Shown here: one piece after another, positions 37,094-46,794 of the stretch
How the letters are laid out: each line of letters starts with the position of its first letter
How positions within the stretch are numbered: position 1 is the stretch's first letter
DNA from: Ignavibacteriota bacterium
GTDB lineage: Bacteria > Bacteroidota > Ignavibacteria > UBA10030 > UBA6906
Assembly (NCBI GenBank): GCA_963801355.1
Contig: CAWDEM010000004.1
Coordinates: forward strand, 352,001 to 416,000
Direction: 5' to 3'
Length of the DNA stretch: 64,000 bases
The notes under the pieces: model-generated
Databases searched by the model: none
What the model was told of the DNA's origin: nothing
Seen by the model: only the letters and a program-made list of their open reading frames with translations
Position numbers and translations under genes: made by a program

Positions 37094-39421
37094 CTACCGG
37101 ACGAGCAGCATCTTCTTCACGTTCGAAAAGAGTTCACCCGCTGCGCTGCGTACCGTCAATTTGTAGAAGTAGACACCACTGGCAACCGTCCGGCCGCTCT
37201 GATCGGTGGCATCCCATACGATACTGCTGCGGCCGCCTGCACGCGGACCGGTCAGAAGAGTCCGCACCTCCTGCCCGAGTGTATTGAAAATCGTCAGGGA
37301 GACATCGCCGCCTGCCGGAATATCAAAGGCTATTGTCGTGCTGGGATTAAATGGGTTCGGGTAATTTTGTCCCAGCGCGAATGTTGACGGCTGTGACTCA
37401 CCGGATGTCACATCCGTTGTCCCCTGAGGCTCCATTGTGAAATCCACGCCGGAGATCTCGTACGTGTCGCCGGAGACAGTCACACTCCTGTCTGAAGCGG
37501 CGTAATTCTCGCGATCGGCGGTGAGAACGAATGACCCGACCGGCAGTGCCTCAATGGAATACTCTCCAGCCTGTTCGGTGATGCCGCAGCCTATCACCTG
37601 ACCGCCGGGAGTCGTTGCCGTCACGCGAACTCCGCACAGCGGCACGCCGGCCGCCAGTATCCGGCCACGCAGGCGGACGAAACCGTTGGATTGGATCGGC
37701 ACGACGCCGATGTCGATCCCGGAGACGTCCCCGGAAACCAGCACTCTCTCGGCAAGCTGCCAGTATACGAGACCGTACGCGCCGGCCTTGTAGAAGGCGG
37801 GAGCATAGCCCTGGAAAGGAACAGCCATAACTACGTAGGTGCCGAGCATGACTTCACCGATGGTATATGCCCCCATTGAGTCGGTATGTCCGAACCGCAT
37901 CTTCCGCAGCACCGGGGTCGGATTGACGGGAATCAAGGCAACGACCGCGGGGACACCGTTGCCGGCTGAATCGCGCACGACTCCGGATATACTGTTGTGC
38001 AGGACCGGATTTGGCGTCAGTGAGAAGTCAACTTTTGTGATGTCCGATGAGGTGACCTTGATAAGGTCCGCAAGCAGCGGATTGGTTTTGTTGTCATAGT
38101 ATTCCGGCAGATAACCGAATTTCGCCGCCAGAGCTATGTACGCATGGTCGGCAAGCACACGCGCTTTGAAGTTCCCCGAGGAGTCGGTCGTGCCGGTCCA
38201 CACGACGCCGCGGCAGAACCCGATGCCATCAACATCTATGTTTTCGGCATCCAGCGTCGATTTCGCGGTAGCGGTTACCAGGGCGCTCATCTCCTGGAAC
38301 GATCGCATGATGATGACCGTCGCATGGCGCAGCGCGTTGCCCAGCGTATCCGTCACGGTTCCTTCGATGGAGGCATACGCGGGTGGGGCAGGCTTGCTCA
38401 ACCCGAAGTCTGCTTTGAAGGTGGATCCCGGCGTGACTTTCACCGGGGTCGCCAGCGTTATATCCTTTACGTTGTCAAACCACTCCGGCTGGTACATGGT
38501 CAGCACGGATGAGCGTATTGACCCGTCGGCGCGTACCAGATATGTCCCGGTGTCAAGCAGCGCGCTGTACGAGCCGAGCGAATCGGTGACGGCCGTCGGC
38601 TGCCAGTTGGCGATGGACGGACCTTTGGTGTAGAACCTGATCAGGATTCCCCTGAGTGGCAGTCCATTCTCGTCGTCGACCACCTTGCCCGCAATGGTCC
38701 CTTTGACGACGTAAGGGGGAACCGGCCGGCTCAACCCAAAGTCCGCGACAACAGATGCGTTGGCGATCACGACCACCGGATCGGCCGTGGCCATATCTTT
38801 CTTGTCGTTGTACCACTCTGCCGTATATGCGGGGGGACCTGGTGGCATCCAGGGAGCAGGTTGTGCCTTGACCTTGTACGTCCCGGTATCCAGTTTCGCT
38901 GCGTAGTGCCCGAGAGAATCCGTGACAGCACCGGGGATGTCGATGGTCTGAATGGAGGCGCGCAGCCGGTAGAACAGCACACGCATACCTGGAATGGGCT
39001 TGCCCGTGGAGTCGTCCGTCACGGTGCCCGCGATCACGCCGACGGGCCGCTCGGGTGAGGCGAAGGAGATGCTGGCGATATTGCTCGGAGCGCTTTCGAC
39101 CGGACGCGTGGAGCTGTTGACCATTGCCACGGTGGTGACATAATAGAAGAAGGTGTGGCCCATCCGGACAGAGTGGTCGTAGTAGACCGGCGCGGTGACG
39201 AGGGCAAGCTTCTGGAAGTGTGCCGTGTCATCCACCGAGCGATAGACGATGAAGCCGTATGGTCCAGCCGGAGCGGTCCATGCGAGTTTTGCCACCGGAA
39301 CGGCATCCGGCGTTTGAGTGGCGACCAGGTCCGTTGGAGCAGGTGGCAATGTGATTTGCGCAAGCCCGATAGCAGCAACAAGCATGCAGAGCCCGGCAGC
39401 GATTAGCAGTTTCCCTTTCAT
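37094..39421 (-). CDS. T9SS-secreted protein: FN3 + repeated carboxypeptidase-regulatory-like domains (paralog of 35031-36992)
   Basis: RBS ggagga and signal peptide MKGKLLIAAGLCMLVAAIGLA. Repeats ending Y.PEW[YF].N...A..V. C-terminal LGQNYPNPFNPSTTI...VASGVYFYKL..KKMLLVR. Confidence 0.87.
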   Translation of the reverse strand: MKGKLLIAAGLCMLVAAIGLAQITLPPAPTDLVATQTPDAVPVAKLAWTAPAGPYGFIVYRSVDDTAHFQKLALVTAPVYYDHSVRMGHTFFYYVTTVAMVNSSTRPVESAPSNIASISFASPERPVGVIAGTVTDDSTGKPIPGMRVLFYRLRASIQTIDIPGAVTDSLGHYAAKLDTGTYKVKAQPAPWMPPGPPAYTAEWYNDKKDMATADPVVVIANASVVADFGLSRPVPPYVVKGTIAGKVVDDENGLPLRGILIRFYTKGPSIANWQPTAVTDSLGSYSALLDTGTYLVRADGSIRSSVLTMYQPEWFDNVKDITLATPVKVTPGSTFKADFGLSKPAPPAYASIEGTVTDTLGNALRHATVIIMRSFQEMSALVTATAKSTLDAENIDVDGIGFCRGVVWTGTTDSSGNFKARVLADHAYIALAAKFGYLPEYYDNKTNPLLADLIKVTSSDITKVDFSLTPNPVLHNSISGVVRDSAGNGVPAVVALIPVNPTPVLRKMRFGHTDSMGAYTIGEVMLGTYVVMAVPFQGYAPAFYKAGAYGLVYWQLAERVLVSGDVSGIDIGVVPIQSNGFVRLRGRILAAGVPLCGVRVTATTPGGQVIGCGITEQAGEYSIEALPVGSFVLTADRENYAASDRSVTVSGDTYEISGVDFTMEPQGTTDVTSGESQPSTFALGQNYPNPFNPSTTIAFDIPAGGDVSLTIFNTLGQEVRTLLTGPRAGGRSSIVWDATDQSGRTVASGVYFYKLTVRSAAGELFSNVKKMLLVR

Positions 39422-39513
39422 AGCATCCTCCACAATGTGTCCCTATCCTCACTGACTGCACATGAACTTCTATCATCTGTAGTGAAGATAGCGGGAGGGA
39501 GAAGGAAAGACAA

Positions 39514-39529
39514 TACCATATTCATGGTA
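39514..39529. promoter_or_regulatory. 7-2-7 inverted repeat, candidate NarL/LuxR-type operator
   Basis: TACCATA-TT-CATGGTA lies about 90 bp upstream of the T9SS gene pair and just downstream of the NarL-family regulator gene. Confidence 0.4.
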
Positions 39530-39671
39530 ATTCGCGGATATGCGCGTTTGCGCCCCTTGTATGCGGCCGGCATTGATCCAACAACCGTATGAAACGCAGG
39601 TTCTTGTGCTGAATGGCTAATATCAGCCAGGCGGAAGGGGTGACGGAGGTCACGAAGCGGATCGAGAATTC

Positions 39672-40337
39672 TTATCCAAACAGCCGGTACTTCAATGCCT
39701 TGGACACGGCTGCGGACTTGGAATGCACCTGGAGTTTTTCGTACACGCGCTTGATGTGTGACTGCACCGTCAGGGGGCTGATAAAGAGTTTCTCCGCGAT
39801 TTTCTTGTAGCTCAGCCCTTCGACGAGCCACTGGAGGATATCCAACTCACGTGGTGTCAGGTTGAGATCGGCTGCGGGGGGTGCGCCCTTGCCGCGCATC
39901 ATCGCGAGCAGGCGGCGGGCAATCGAAGCGCTCATCGGCGCACCGATGCGAATCTCGCGAATGGCACGGATGAGTTCTTCCGACTCCGCGTTCTTCAGGA
40001 CGTACCCGGATGCTCCCGCGAGAATGGATTGGAATATCTTTTCATCGTCATCATACACGGTGTGCATCAGCACATCGATGGCAGGATAGCGGCTCTTTAC
40101 AGCTTTGACGCCGTCAATCCCCGACATGCCGGGCAGCCCGATATCCATCAGGATCACGTCGGGCTGGTGGTTGGGCAGCGCATCAAGAAGGGCTTCGCAG
40201 GAGGAGAATGCGGCAATGCATTGCAAGCCGCCGGCCGCATTTATCAGATCCATGACGGCGTCGCGAATGCGCTTGCGGTCCTCCACCACGATGACCTTGA
40301 TATCAGGCTCCTGTTCGCGGGGGTCGTTCGTACTCAT
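39672..40337 (-). CDS. NarL/FixJ-family response regulator (REC + LuxR HTH)
   Basis: VED, PDVILMDIGLPGMSG, GASGYVLK, and LTPRELDILQWL..GLSYK.IA..L.IS..TV..H...YEKL.V.S. Confidence 0.95.
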   Translation of the reverse strand: MSTNDPREQEPDIKVIVVEDRKRIRDAVMDLINAAGGLQCIAAFSSCEALLDALPNHQPDVILMDIGLPGMSGIDGVKAVKSRYPAIDVLMHTVYDDDEKIFQSILAGASGYVLKNAESEELIRAIREIRIGAPMSASIARRLLAMMRGKGAPPAADLNLTPRELDILQWLVEGLSYKKIAEKLFISPLTVQSHIKRVYEKLQVHSKSAAVSKALKYRLFG

Positions 40338-40388
40338 CGATGAGGTTCCTTCCATCACCTACTGTGGAAGCACTCTTGCCGTTGCCCG

Positions 40389-43300
40389 TCAGGGGATCGG
40401 TGCATGGAGTGTTATGGTGGTGCCCAGGCCGCTTGATGAGGTGATGGCTAATTCGCCTCCCATGCTCCGGGCGCGCTCTTCCATGTTGTGCAGGCCATTT
40501 CCCCGAACCGCCTCATGTACATCAAAACCAACGCCATTATCCGCCATCGTCATGGTCACCATGCGGCCTTCGCGCCGCATGGTCAGGACCACCCGTGTCG
40601 GCTGGGCATGCCGGAGGATGTTGTTGATGGCCTCTTTGTAGATCAGGAACAGCCGCCTCCTCATGCCGAGCGGCAGACGCAGCGATGCAAGTTCTGATGG
40701 AATGTCGATCTCGTAATTGATCCCCTTTGCTTCCAGCATCTTTGTTGCGTGCATTTTCATGCGGAGCAGGAGGAATTCGAACGAATCATGTTTCGGATCG
40801 ATGGCCCAGACAATATCGTTCATTGCATCGATCAGTGCGCGTGCTGTTGATCCGGTGTCGGAAAACAGGGCGGCAAACCTCGCGCGCTCGTCATCGGTGA
40901 GAATGGTTGCGGGTGGTTTTGCCTTCACCTCGCGGAGGCCGACATCGCTGAAGAGAGCGATTTCCGTGAGCGTGGAACCGATGTCATCGTGGAGATCGGT
41001 GGCGATGGAAGTGCGGATACGTTCGATTTCCAGAAGCTTTTTCACCCGGTACCGGTACATCAGAAACAGCATTGCGGCGGCGGCCAGGACGGCCAGTACG
41101 CGAAACCACCAGGTCTTCCAGTAGGGAGGAACAATCGTGATTGCCAGGGAGGCCCCGCGGGTGTTCCACACGCCATCGTTGTTTGAAGCCCCGATGTGCA
41201 GCATGTAGTGTCCGGGATCGAGATTTGTGTACGTCGTGAAGCGGCGGTTCCCTGCATCGATCCAGGTTTCATCCAGGCCCTCGAGTTTGTAGCGGTACCG
41301 GTTCTTGGCGGGTGCGGTGTAGCTCAGGGCGACGAATTCAAACGACAGGAAATTCTGATCATGCTGCAATTCGATCGCACGTGTTTCACTCAGCGCCTGG
41401 GGAAGGGACACCGCGCGGTCAAATACGCGAAGACTGGTCAAATAGACGGGGGGCACGAATGGATTGTCACGGATGCTGTCGGGGGAAAACGCGTTGAATC
41501 CGTTGATGCCGCCGAGGTACAATGCGCCGTCGCGGCCGCGAAATGCGGCGCCCTGATTGAATTCGTTCCCCTGCAGGCCATCGGATGCATCGTAGGTGCG
41601 GACCTCACCGGTGGAAGGGGTGAAGCGGGCAAGCCCCTTGTTGGTCGGCATCCAGAGACGGCCGGCACGGTCGGGGAGAATGCCGTAGATGACATCATTG
41701 GGGAGGCCATCGACTTCCGTGAAGTGCCGCCAGGTTCCTGCCGCGCGATCAAAGCGGTTGAGTCCGCCGCCGTATGTGCCGACCCAGAGAATTCCGGTCG
41801 GGTCTTCATGCACGGAAAGGACGGTATTGTTGTTGAGCCCGTTTGCCGGATCGCTTGTGCTCTGATAGCGCTGGAAAAGATCTGTGGCCGGGTCCAGGCG
41901 CGCGAGTCCGCCTCCGTAGGTACCAACCCAGAGATAGCCCGCGGCGTCTTCATACAGCGTCAGGACCGTCCCGGCAGGCAAGGCTGTGGGAGATCCCTCG
42001 TCGGGCGGGTAATGGACAAAACCTTCCCTCGAAGCGTCAAGACGGTCCAGTCCGCCTCCATTCGTGCCAATCCAGAGCGTTCCGGACGAATCCTCATGCA
42101 AGGCGGTCACTTCATTCTGAACGAGCGAGGCTGGATTCCGGGGATCGTGGCGATAGTGCGTAAACCGTCCGCTGTGTGGTTCAAGACGGTCGAGCCCTCC
42201 CCCCTCGGTGCCAATCCAGAGCGTGCCGTCACGGCTGGCTTCGAGAGCGATGACGTTATTGTGACTCAACGATGAGGGGACACGGGGGTCATGCAGGTAG
42301 TGTGAGAAATCCCCGGTCTGGCGGTTGAAACGATTCAGTCCACCCCCGTATGTCCCGATCCAGAGCGTCCCGGAATGATCTTCCTGCAGCGCCCAGACAT
42401 CGTTGCCGCTCAAGCCGCGGGGTGTTCCCTGCACAGCCCGGAAGTGCGGGAAGCGGTTCTTCAGGCGGTCATACACATTGACTCCTCCGGCCCCCGTGCC
42501 GATCCAGAGAATGCCGGTACTGTCTTCGAACAACGAACAGATGATATCATTATTCAGGGAGCGGGTGGCATTGGCGATATGACGGAATCGCTCGATGGTC
42601 CGGGTCCGCGGATGCAGGCGGTTGAGACCCGCATCTCCGGTGCCGATCCAGATGGCATTGTCGGCATCCTCGTACAATGAAAGAATGAGGTTGCTGGTGA
42701 GTGTGTACGGTGCAGGCGATCGGGTAGTGTAGTGAACGAGAGTTCCCGTTCGCGGGTCGAGGCAATCCAGCCCGTATCCCCAGGTCCCGATCCATATCCG
42801 GCCATCACGACCGGCAAGGAGCGACCGGATGGTATTGCCCGCGATGCTCTCCCTCGCGCGCTGGTCATGCCGGTAGCGTTTGAACGTCCCGGCGGCGCCC
42901 GGCCCGGAAGAGCCGGGCACAGGTGGGATGTAACGGCAAAGACCTCCCCATGTGCCGACCCAGAGATTGCCGTCGCGGTCCTCCGTGATTGCCCAGACGG
43001 CATTGTCGGCAAGTGATGTGGAATCGGCGGGATTGTGGCGAAGGTGGGAGAACGTGCCTTGACCCGGTCTGCGATAGTTCAAACCGGAGGTCATGGTGCC
43101 GGCCCAGATTGTCCCCCGCGAATCCTGAAACACCGATGTAATATTGTTTTCGCTTATGCCCGTTGTGTCACCGGGGTCGTGCACATAGTGTGTGAAGGTT
43201 CCCCGGACCGTATGGTAGCAGTTGAGTCCGCCCCGCATTGTCCCGATCCAGATATCCCCATCACGATCCCGGCAGAGAGCCCAGATCCCGTTGTCCGAAA

Positions 43301-43550
43301 GAGCGAAGGAGTCCGAAGCCGCATGTTTATGCACGGCGATTGTGTAGCCGTCGTACCGGTTGAGTCCGTCCTGCGTGCCGAACCAGAGGAAGCCGCGGCC
43401 GTCCTGCACAATCGCATTCACTGTGGATTGTGAAAGACCCTGCTCGAGAGAGATATGGTCGAATTTCAACGTGCCGGTTTGAGCACAGGCTATGCACGCG
43501 ACCACGGCGAGGGACCAGGGGGCGATGCTGTATAGGAGGATCCGGTGCAT
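40389..43550 (-). CDS. Sensor histidine kinase: periplasmic beta-propeller repeats + Y_Y_Y + TM + HisKA_3 + HATPase
   Basis: Many ED..G.LWIGT.GGGL repeats, Y.YKLEG.D..W, PPYWKTWWF, IATDLHDDIGSTL, EAINN..RHA, DNGVGF, GNGL.NM and G.GT. Confidence 0.93.
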   Translation of the reverse strand: MHRILLYSIAPWSLAVVACIACAQTGTLKFDHISLEQGLSQSTVNAIVQDGRGFLWFGTQDGLNRYDGYTIAVHKHAASDSFALSDNGIWALCRDRDGDIWIGTMRGGLNCYHTVRGTFTHYVHDPGDTTGISENNITSVFQDSRGTIWAGTMTSGLNYRRPGQGTFSHLRHNPADSTSLADNAVWAITEDRDGNLWVGTWGGLCRYIPPVPGSSGPGAAGTFKRYRHDQRARESIAGNTIRSLLAGRDGRIWIGTWGYGLDCLDPRTGTLVHYTTRSPAPYTLTSNLILSLYEDADNAIWIGTGDAGLNRLHPRTRTIERFRHIANATRSLNNDIICSLFEDSTGILWIGTGAGGVNVYDRLKNRFPHFRAVQGTPRGLSGNDVWALQEDHSGTLWIGTYGGGLNRFNRQTGDFSHYLHDPRVPSSLSHNNVIALEASRDGTLWIGTEGGGLDRLEPHSGRFTHYRHDPRNPASLVQNEVTALHEDSSGTLWIGTNGGGLDRLDASREGFVHYPPDEGSPTALPAGTVLTLYEDAAGYLWVGTYGGGLARLDPATDLFQRYQSTSDPANGLNNNTVLSVHEDPTGILWVGTYGGGLNRFDRAAGTWRHFTEVDGLPNDVIYGILPDRAGRLWMPTNKGLARFTPSTGEVRTYDASDGLQGNEFNQGAAFRGRDGALYLGGINGFNAFSPDSIRDNPFVPPVYLTSLRVFDRAVSLPQALSETRAIELQHDQNFLSFEFVALSYTAPAKNRYRYKLEGLDETWIDAGNRRFTTYTNLDPGHYMLHIGASNNDGVWNTRGASLAITIVPPYWKTWWFRVLAVLAAAAMLFLMYRYRVKKLLEIERIRTSIATDLHDDIGSTLTEIALFSDVGLREVKAKPPATILTDDERARFAALFSDTGSTARALIDAMNDIVWAIDPKHDSFEFLLLRMKMHATKMLEAKGINYEIDIPSELASLRLPLGMRRRLFLIYKEAINNILRHAQPTRVVLTMRREGRMVTMTMADNGVGFDVHEAVRGNGLHNMEERARSMGGELAITSSSGLGTTITLHAPIP

Positions 43551-43599
43551 GGGGAATGTTAGTGAGGAATCGGGAGACTCGCAACCCATGCCGTGCGCA

Positions 43600-44850
43600 T
43601 CACGAGAGTGCCTGTGTAATCCACGTGAGGTTTTGCAGTGGTATGAACCCGTAATTATAGAAGTTGAAACTGGTGATCCCCTGTGCACGTGCCACCCTCA
43701 TCCGGTCAAGGAATTCCGCCTGTCCGCCGCTCTCCGGGAGGCCGACCTGGAATCCGAGCGTCAGCGCGTTTTTCCCGAGGAGAGACCGGAGTGCGGTCAG
43801 CGGGGCATCCAGAGCAACACCGTCTTTGACATAGCCCAGGGCAAGAATCCCCCCCGTTGTGCGGGCACTGGTGGCGGGGTCGACACCGTTCAGCTTCCAC
43901 GCCGCAGAATCAATCGACATCATTTGCCGCAGCGGGACAGTTCCGGCACTCGACTTCAATTCCTCGAGGAGTGATTGGACGACGCCGGTGCGCCAGCGCT
44001 GGAACGGCTCCAGGATGTCCGCCGGGAGTTTATCAATGGTGGGGTACCTGGCGTTCGTTGAGTCCGGATCACGGAAGAATTCCTCGAGCGTGGCAGTGGT
44101 GAAATTGAGTGCCGGATGGATGTCGAATCCCGATTCCTTCGCCGAGCGGCGGCATGCGGCACAGAAACAGAGCCCCAGGAGAAACCGTGTCGCCGCTGTC
44201 AATGCCATTCCTTCCCGTTCATGATGAAAGCCATGCGTGTATCCCTGAAACTGGAGAGCCTCGAGCTCGATGAGGTCGACACCGTGCGCGGCGATATCCG
44301 CAACGAGGGAACCGAGATACCGGCGCACATCGCCGTTCGACGGGCAGAGATTATGATAGAGCGGATCGTCGAATGCGGTGCGCGTGACCAGGTCCGGATG
44401 TGCCATGCCGAGGGCGGTATTGTGACAGCATACCACCCAGCTCCGCAGCTGCATGCCGTGTTGGTCTGCTTGCCGGCGCGCTTCCCGGAGATCGTGCCCC
44501 GAAGACACAAGGGAGTGTGCCACCGGGGCTATGCGTCCGTACAGAGATGCTGTGGGCCGGAACATGACCGTGCCATCCTCGAGAAAGACCACCTTGCGCC
44601 GGGGATTGTGCGGGGCGAGAAATTTGCCGGCATGATACGCTGTGGCAAGACTGATGGAAGTGAGACCGTGTTCGCGGAGCCGCGGCATGACAACATCATA
44701 GCCTTCGTCGACGAGATCCCAAAGATATATCCACATGGATGCCGCCTGCCGGGTCGGCGGCGGGAATGCCGCGGTCGCGGCATAGCGCAGAGCAGGTCCG
44801 GCCACCACTGCGGCGGCGACCCGTTCCAGGAATTCTCTCCGTGTGAGCAT
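43600..44850 (-). CDS. Tat-exported glycoside-hydrolase-like TIM-barrel protein
   Basis: TRREFL Tat signal. W.Y.WDL, AYHAG, W...HN, LCPSN.DVR.Y, IELE and CFC..C (similar to the GH42-type Zn motif). Family not certain. Confidence 0.6.
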   Translation of the reverse strand: MLTRREFLERVAAAVVAGPALRYAATAAFPPPTRQAASMWIYLWDLVDEGYDVVMPRLREHGLTSISLATAYHAGKFLAPHNPRRKVVFLEDGTVMFRPTASLYGRIAPVAHSLVSSGHDLREARRQADQHGMQLRSWVVCCHNTALGMAHPDLVTRTAFDDPLYHNLCPSNGDVRRYLGSLVADIAAHGVDLIELEALQFQGYTHGFHHEREGMALTAATRFLLGLCFCAACRRSAKESGFDIHPALNFTTATLEEFFRDPDSTNARYPTIDKLPADILEPFQRWRTGVVQSLLEELKSSAGTVPLRQMMSIDSAAWKLNGVDPATSARTTGGILALGYVKDGVALDAPLTALRSLLGKNALTLGFQVGLPESGGQAEFLDRMRVARAQGITSFNFYNYGFIPLQNLTWITQALS

Positions 44851-44857
44851 GGTGCGG

Positions 44858-45895
44858 TTACTCCTCGTCGATGACCCAGAGGTCGAGCAGGTTGTCGGGC
44901 ATTCCCGCGATGAATCGCGATGGTTTGGAAAGCACCAATCCCGACTCGCGGTCATAGACATTGATGGGATAGGCGATGAAGAGATGCTCTTTGGCCCGGG
45001 TGCAGGCAACGTACATCAAACGGCGCTCCTCCTCCATCGTGTCTTCATTTAATGCCGCACGCGTCGTGGGGAAGCGCCCGTCGAGCGCGTAGATCACGAA
45101 GACCGTGTTCCACTCGAGCCCCTTCGCGCTGTGGATCGTGGAGAGAATGAGCTTTTCGTCTTCTGCGTCGGTGGGCGTGATGTCGGCAACGCTCTCGGCC
45201 GCCGGTTCGAGTGTCAGATCGGCAAGGAAGGAATTGAGCGTCCGGTACCGCTCGGCGATTTGCTGGAACATCTCCAGATCCTTCCGCCGTTTGTTGTGAT
45301 CGTCATACCGTTTGACAAAGACCGGCTCGTAGTACTGCAGGAGCTGCTGGATTTTGTCGGCGGGCGTGATGTGCGACGGAGCGACACCCTTCAGTGCTTC
45401 GAAAAGCGTGCGGAGTTTCTCCGGTGCGGCATGGTATTGGCCCCAGAATGCCGGGAGCGAAGTGGGGATCCCGGCTCCGCCTGCTGAACGGTGCCGGGCA
45501 AGGAGGTCCTCGATCACCTTTTCGGCCGTACGCGGGCCGACGCCGTCAACGAGCAACAGAATCCGATTCCAGGCGACGGCATCGCGGGGATTTTCGATCA
45601 CGCGGAGATAGGAAATCAGGTCTTTGATATGAGCGGTTTCGATGAACTTGAACCCCCCGAACTTGACGAACGGAATGTTCGCCTTGTTCAGCTCGATTTC
45701 CAGGTCGAACGAGAGATAACTCGAACGGAACAGCACAGCCATGTCATCGAGGGGGATCCCCTGCTCCCGCAGTTCAAGGACCTTCTGGATCACAAAACGC
45801 GACTGAAGATTTTCATTCTGTGCGACGACAATGCTGGGCAACTCGCCGCCGGGTTTGCTGGTGAAGAGCTCTTTGGTGTATTTGTGACGTTTCAT
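44858..45895 (-). CDS. uvrD: UvrD/PcrA-family helicase, C-terminal half (domains 2A/2B)
   Basis: Starts MKRHKYTKELFT (ATG overlaps the HMT stop). Contains AVLFRS, GG.KF....HIKD..SYL, GVGP, STIHSAKGLEW (motif V), EERRLMYVACTRAK (motif VI) and SRFI. Confidence 0.9.
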   Translation of the reverse strand: MKRHKYTKELFTSKPGGELPSIVVAQNENLQSRFVIQKVLELREQGIPLDDMAVLFRSSYLSFDLEIELNKANIPFVKFGGFKFIETAHIKDLISYLRVIENPRDAVAWNRILLLVDGVGPRTAEKVIEDLLARHRSAGGAGIPTSLPAFWGQYHAAPEKLRTLFEALKGVAPSHITPADKIQQLLQYYEPVFVKRYDDHNKRRKDLEMFQQIAERYRTLNSFLADLTLEPAAESVADITPTDAEDEKLILSTIHSAKGLEWNTVFVIYALDGRFPTTRAALNEDTMEEERRLMYVACTRAKEHLFIAYPINVYDRESGLVLSKPSRFIAGMPDNLLDLWVIDEE

Positions 45896-46794
45896 GATGC
45901 CCCGGAATGTCCGAACCGCTTGCGTAGCAGTGCAATGTACGCGGGTGTCGTGCCGCAACATCCGCCGATAATGCGCACTCCTTGCTGCCTCCATTGTTCG
46001 GCGAATTCGGCGTACTCTCCGGATGACACATCATGCACAAAGGTCTCCGCGCGTTCTTCCCCGGCTCTGCCGACGTTTGCATAGACGGCGAGAGGCAGGG
46101 GAGTGGCCGCTTGTAAGGCAAGAAGTGCCGGGGCTATGCGACGCGGAGAAATACAGTTGAGGGAGAATGCCGCGGGCGTGAGCCGGGTGATTGTCCTTAC
46201 GGCTTCCGCGATGGATTCACCGCCGTACAATACCCCATCCGCAGTGCATAAGAAACTGACCACCACCTCTTTGCCGGTGTCCATGGCGGCGCGGCAGGCG
46301 GCCCCGGCTTCCCTGATGGTGCCCATTGTCTCGAGCAGCAGGAAATCCACACCGGCCTCGGCCAACCGGCGGGCATGGAGGGAGTGCTCGCCGCGGAGCG
46401 CATCATCGTCCGGCACCAGGTCCGGGCGGTAGCAGTCTTCCAGGGGGGCCATGGAACCGGCGATCAGAATTGTGCGTCCCGTGCACTCTGCCCGCGCCTG
46501 CCGGGCCAGCGTTACCGCTTCACGCGTGACTGCTTCCGAACGGTCGGGCCAGCCGGCGTGAACGCATGCCCGGGACGTGGTCCTGAAGGTGTTTGTGGTA
46601 ATGATATCTGCACCCGCCGCGAGATATTCCCGGTGTATCTGCAGCACAAGCGGTGGATCGGTAGTCAGGGCGCGTGCGGACCAGAGGGGCTGACTGACAT
46701 CGAGGCCGCGCCGCTGCAACTCGGTCCCCATCGCGCCATCGAGAATAAGCTCTCCGGAGCGCTGCAAGGCTGTGTGCAGAGGGCCCGCCGTCAT
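45892..46794 (-). CDS. Homocysteine S-methyltransferase family protein (stand-alone), inserted within uvrD
   Basis: LDGAMGTEL, LWS, H..YL.AGADIITTNTF, GVDFLLLET, LNC, YAN and IIGGCCGTTP (Zn ligands intact). SD aggagg lies inside the last codons of uvrD-N. Confidence 0.92.
   Translation of the reverse strand: MTAGPLHTALQRSGELILDGAMGTELQRRGLDVSQPLWSARALTTDPPLVLQIHREYLAAGADIITTNTFRTTSRACVHAGWPDRSEAVTREAVTLARQARAECTGRTILIAGSMAPLEDCYRPDLVPDDDALRGEHSLHARRLAEAGVDFLLLETMGTIREAGAACRAAMDTGKEVVVSFLCTADGVLYGGESIAEAVRTITRLTPAAFSLNCISPRRIAPALLALQAATPLPLAVYANVGRAGEERAETFVHDVSSGEYAEFAEQWRQQGVRIIGGCCGTTPAYIALLRKRFGHSGAS

Noticed and set aside
41500-43400. Recurrent ~150-bp similarity (…CCGATCCAGAG…) resembling a repeat array
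   Set aside because: It is the coding periodicity of the beta-propeller blades (LWIGT) in the sensor kinase, not a CRISPR or DNA repeat.
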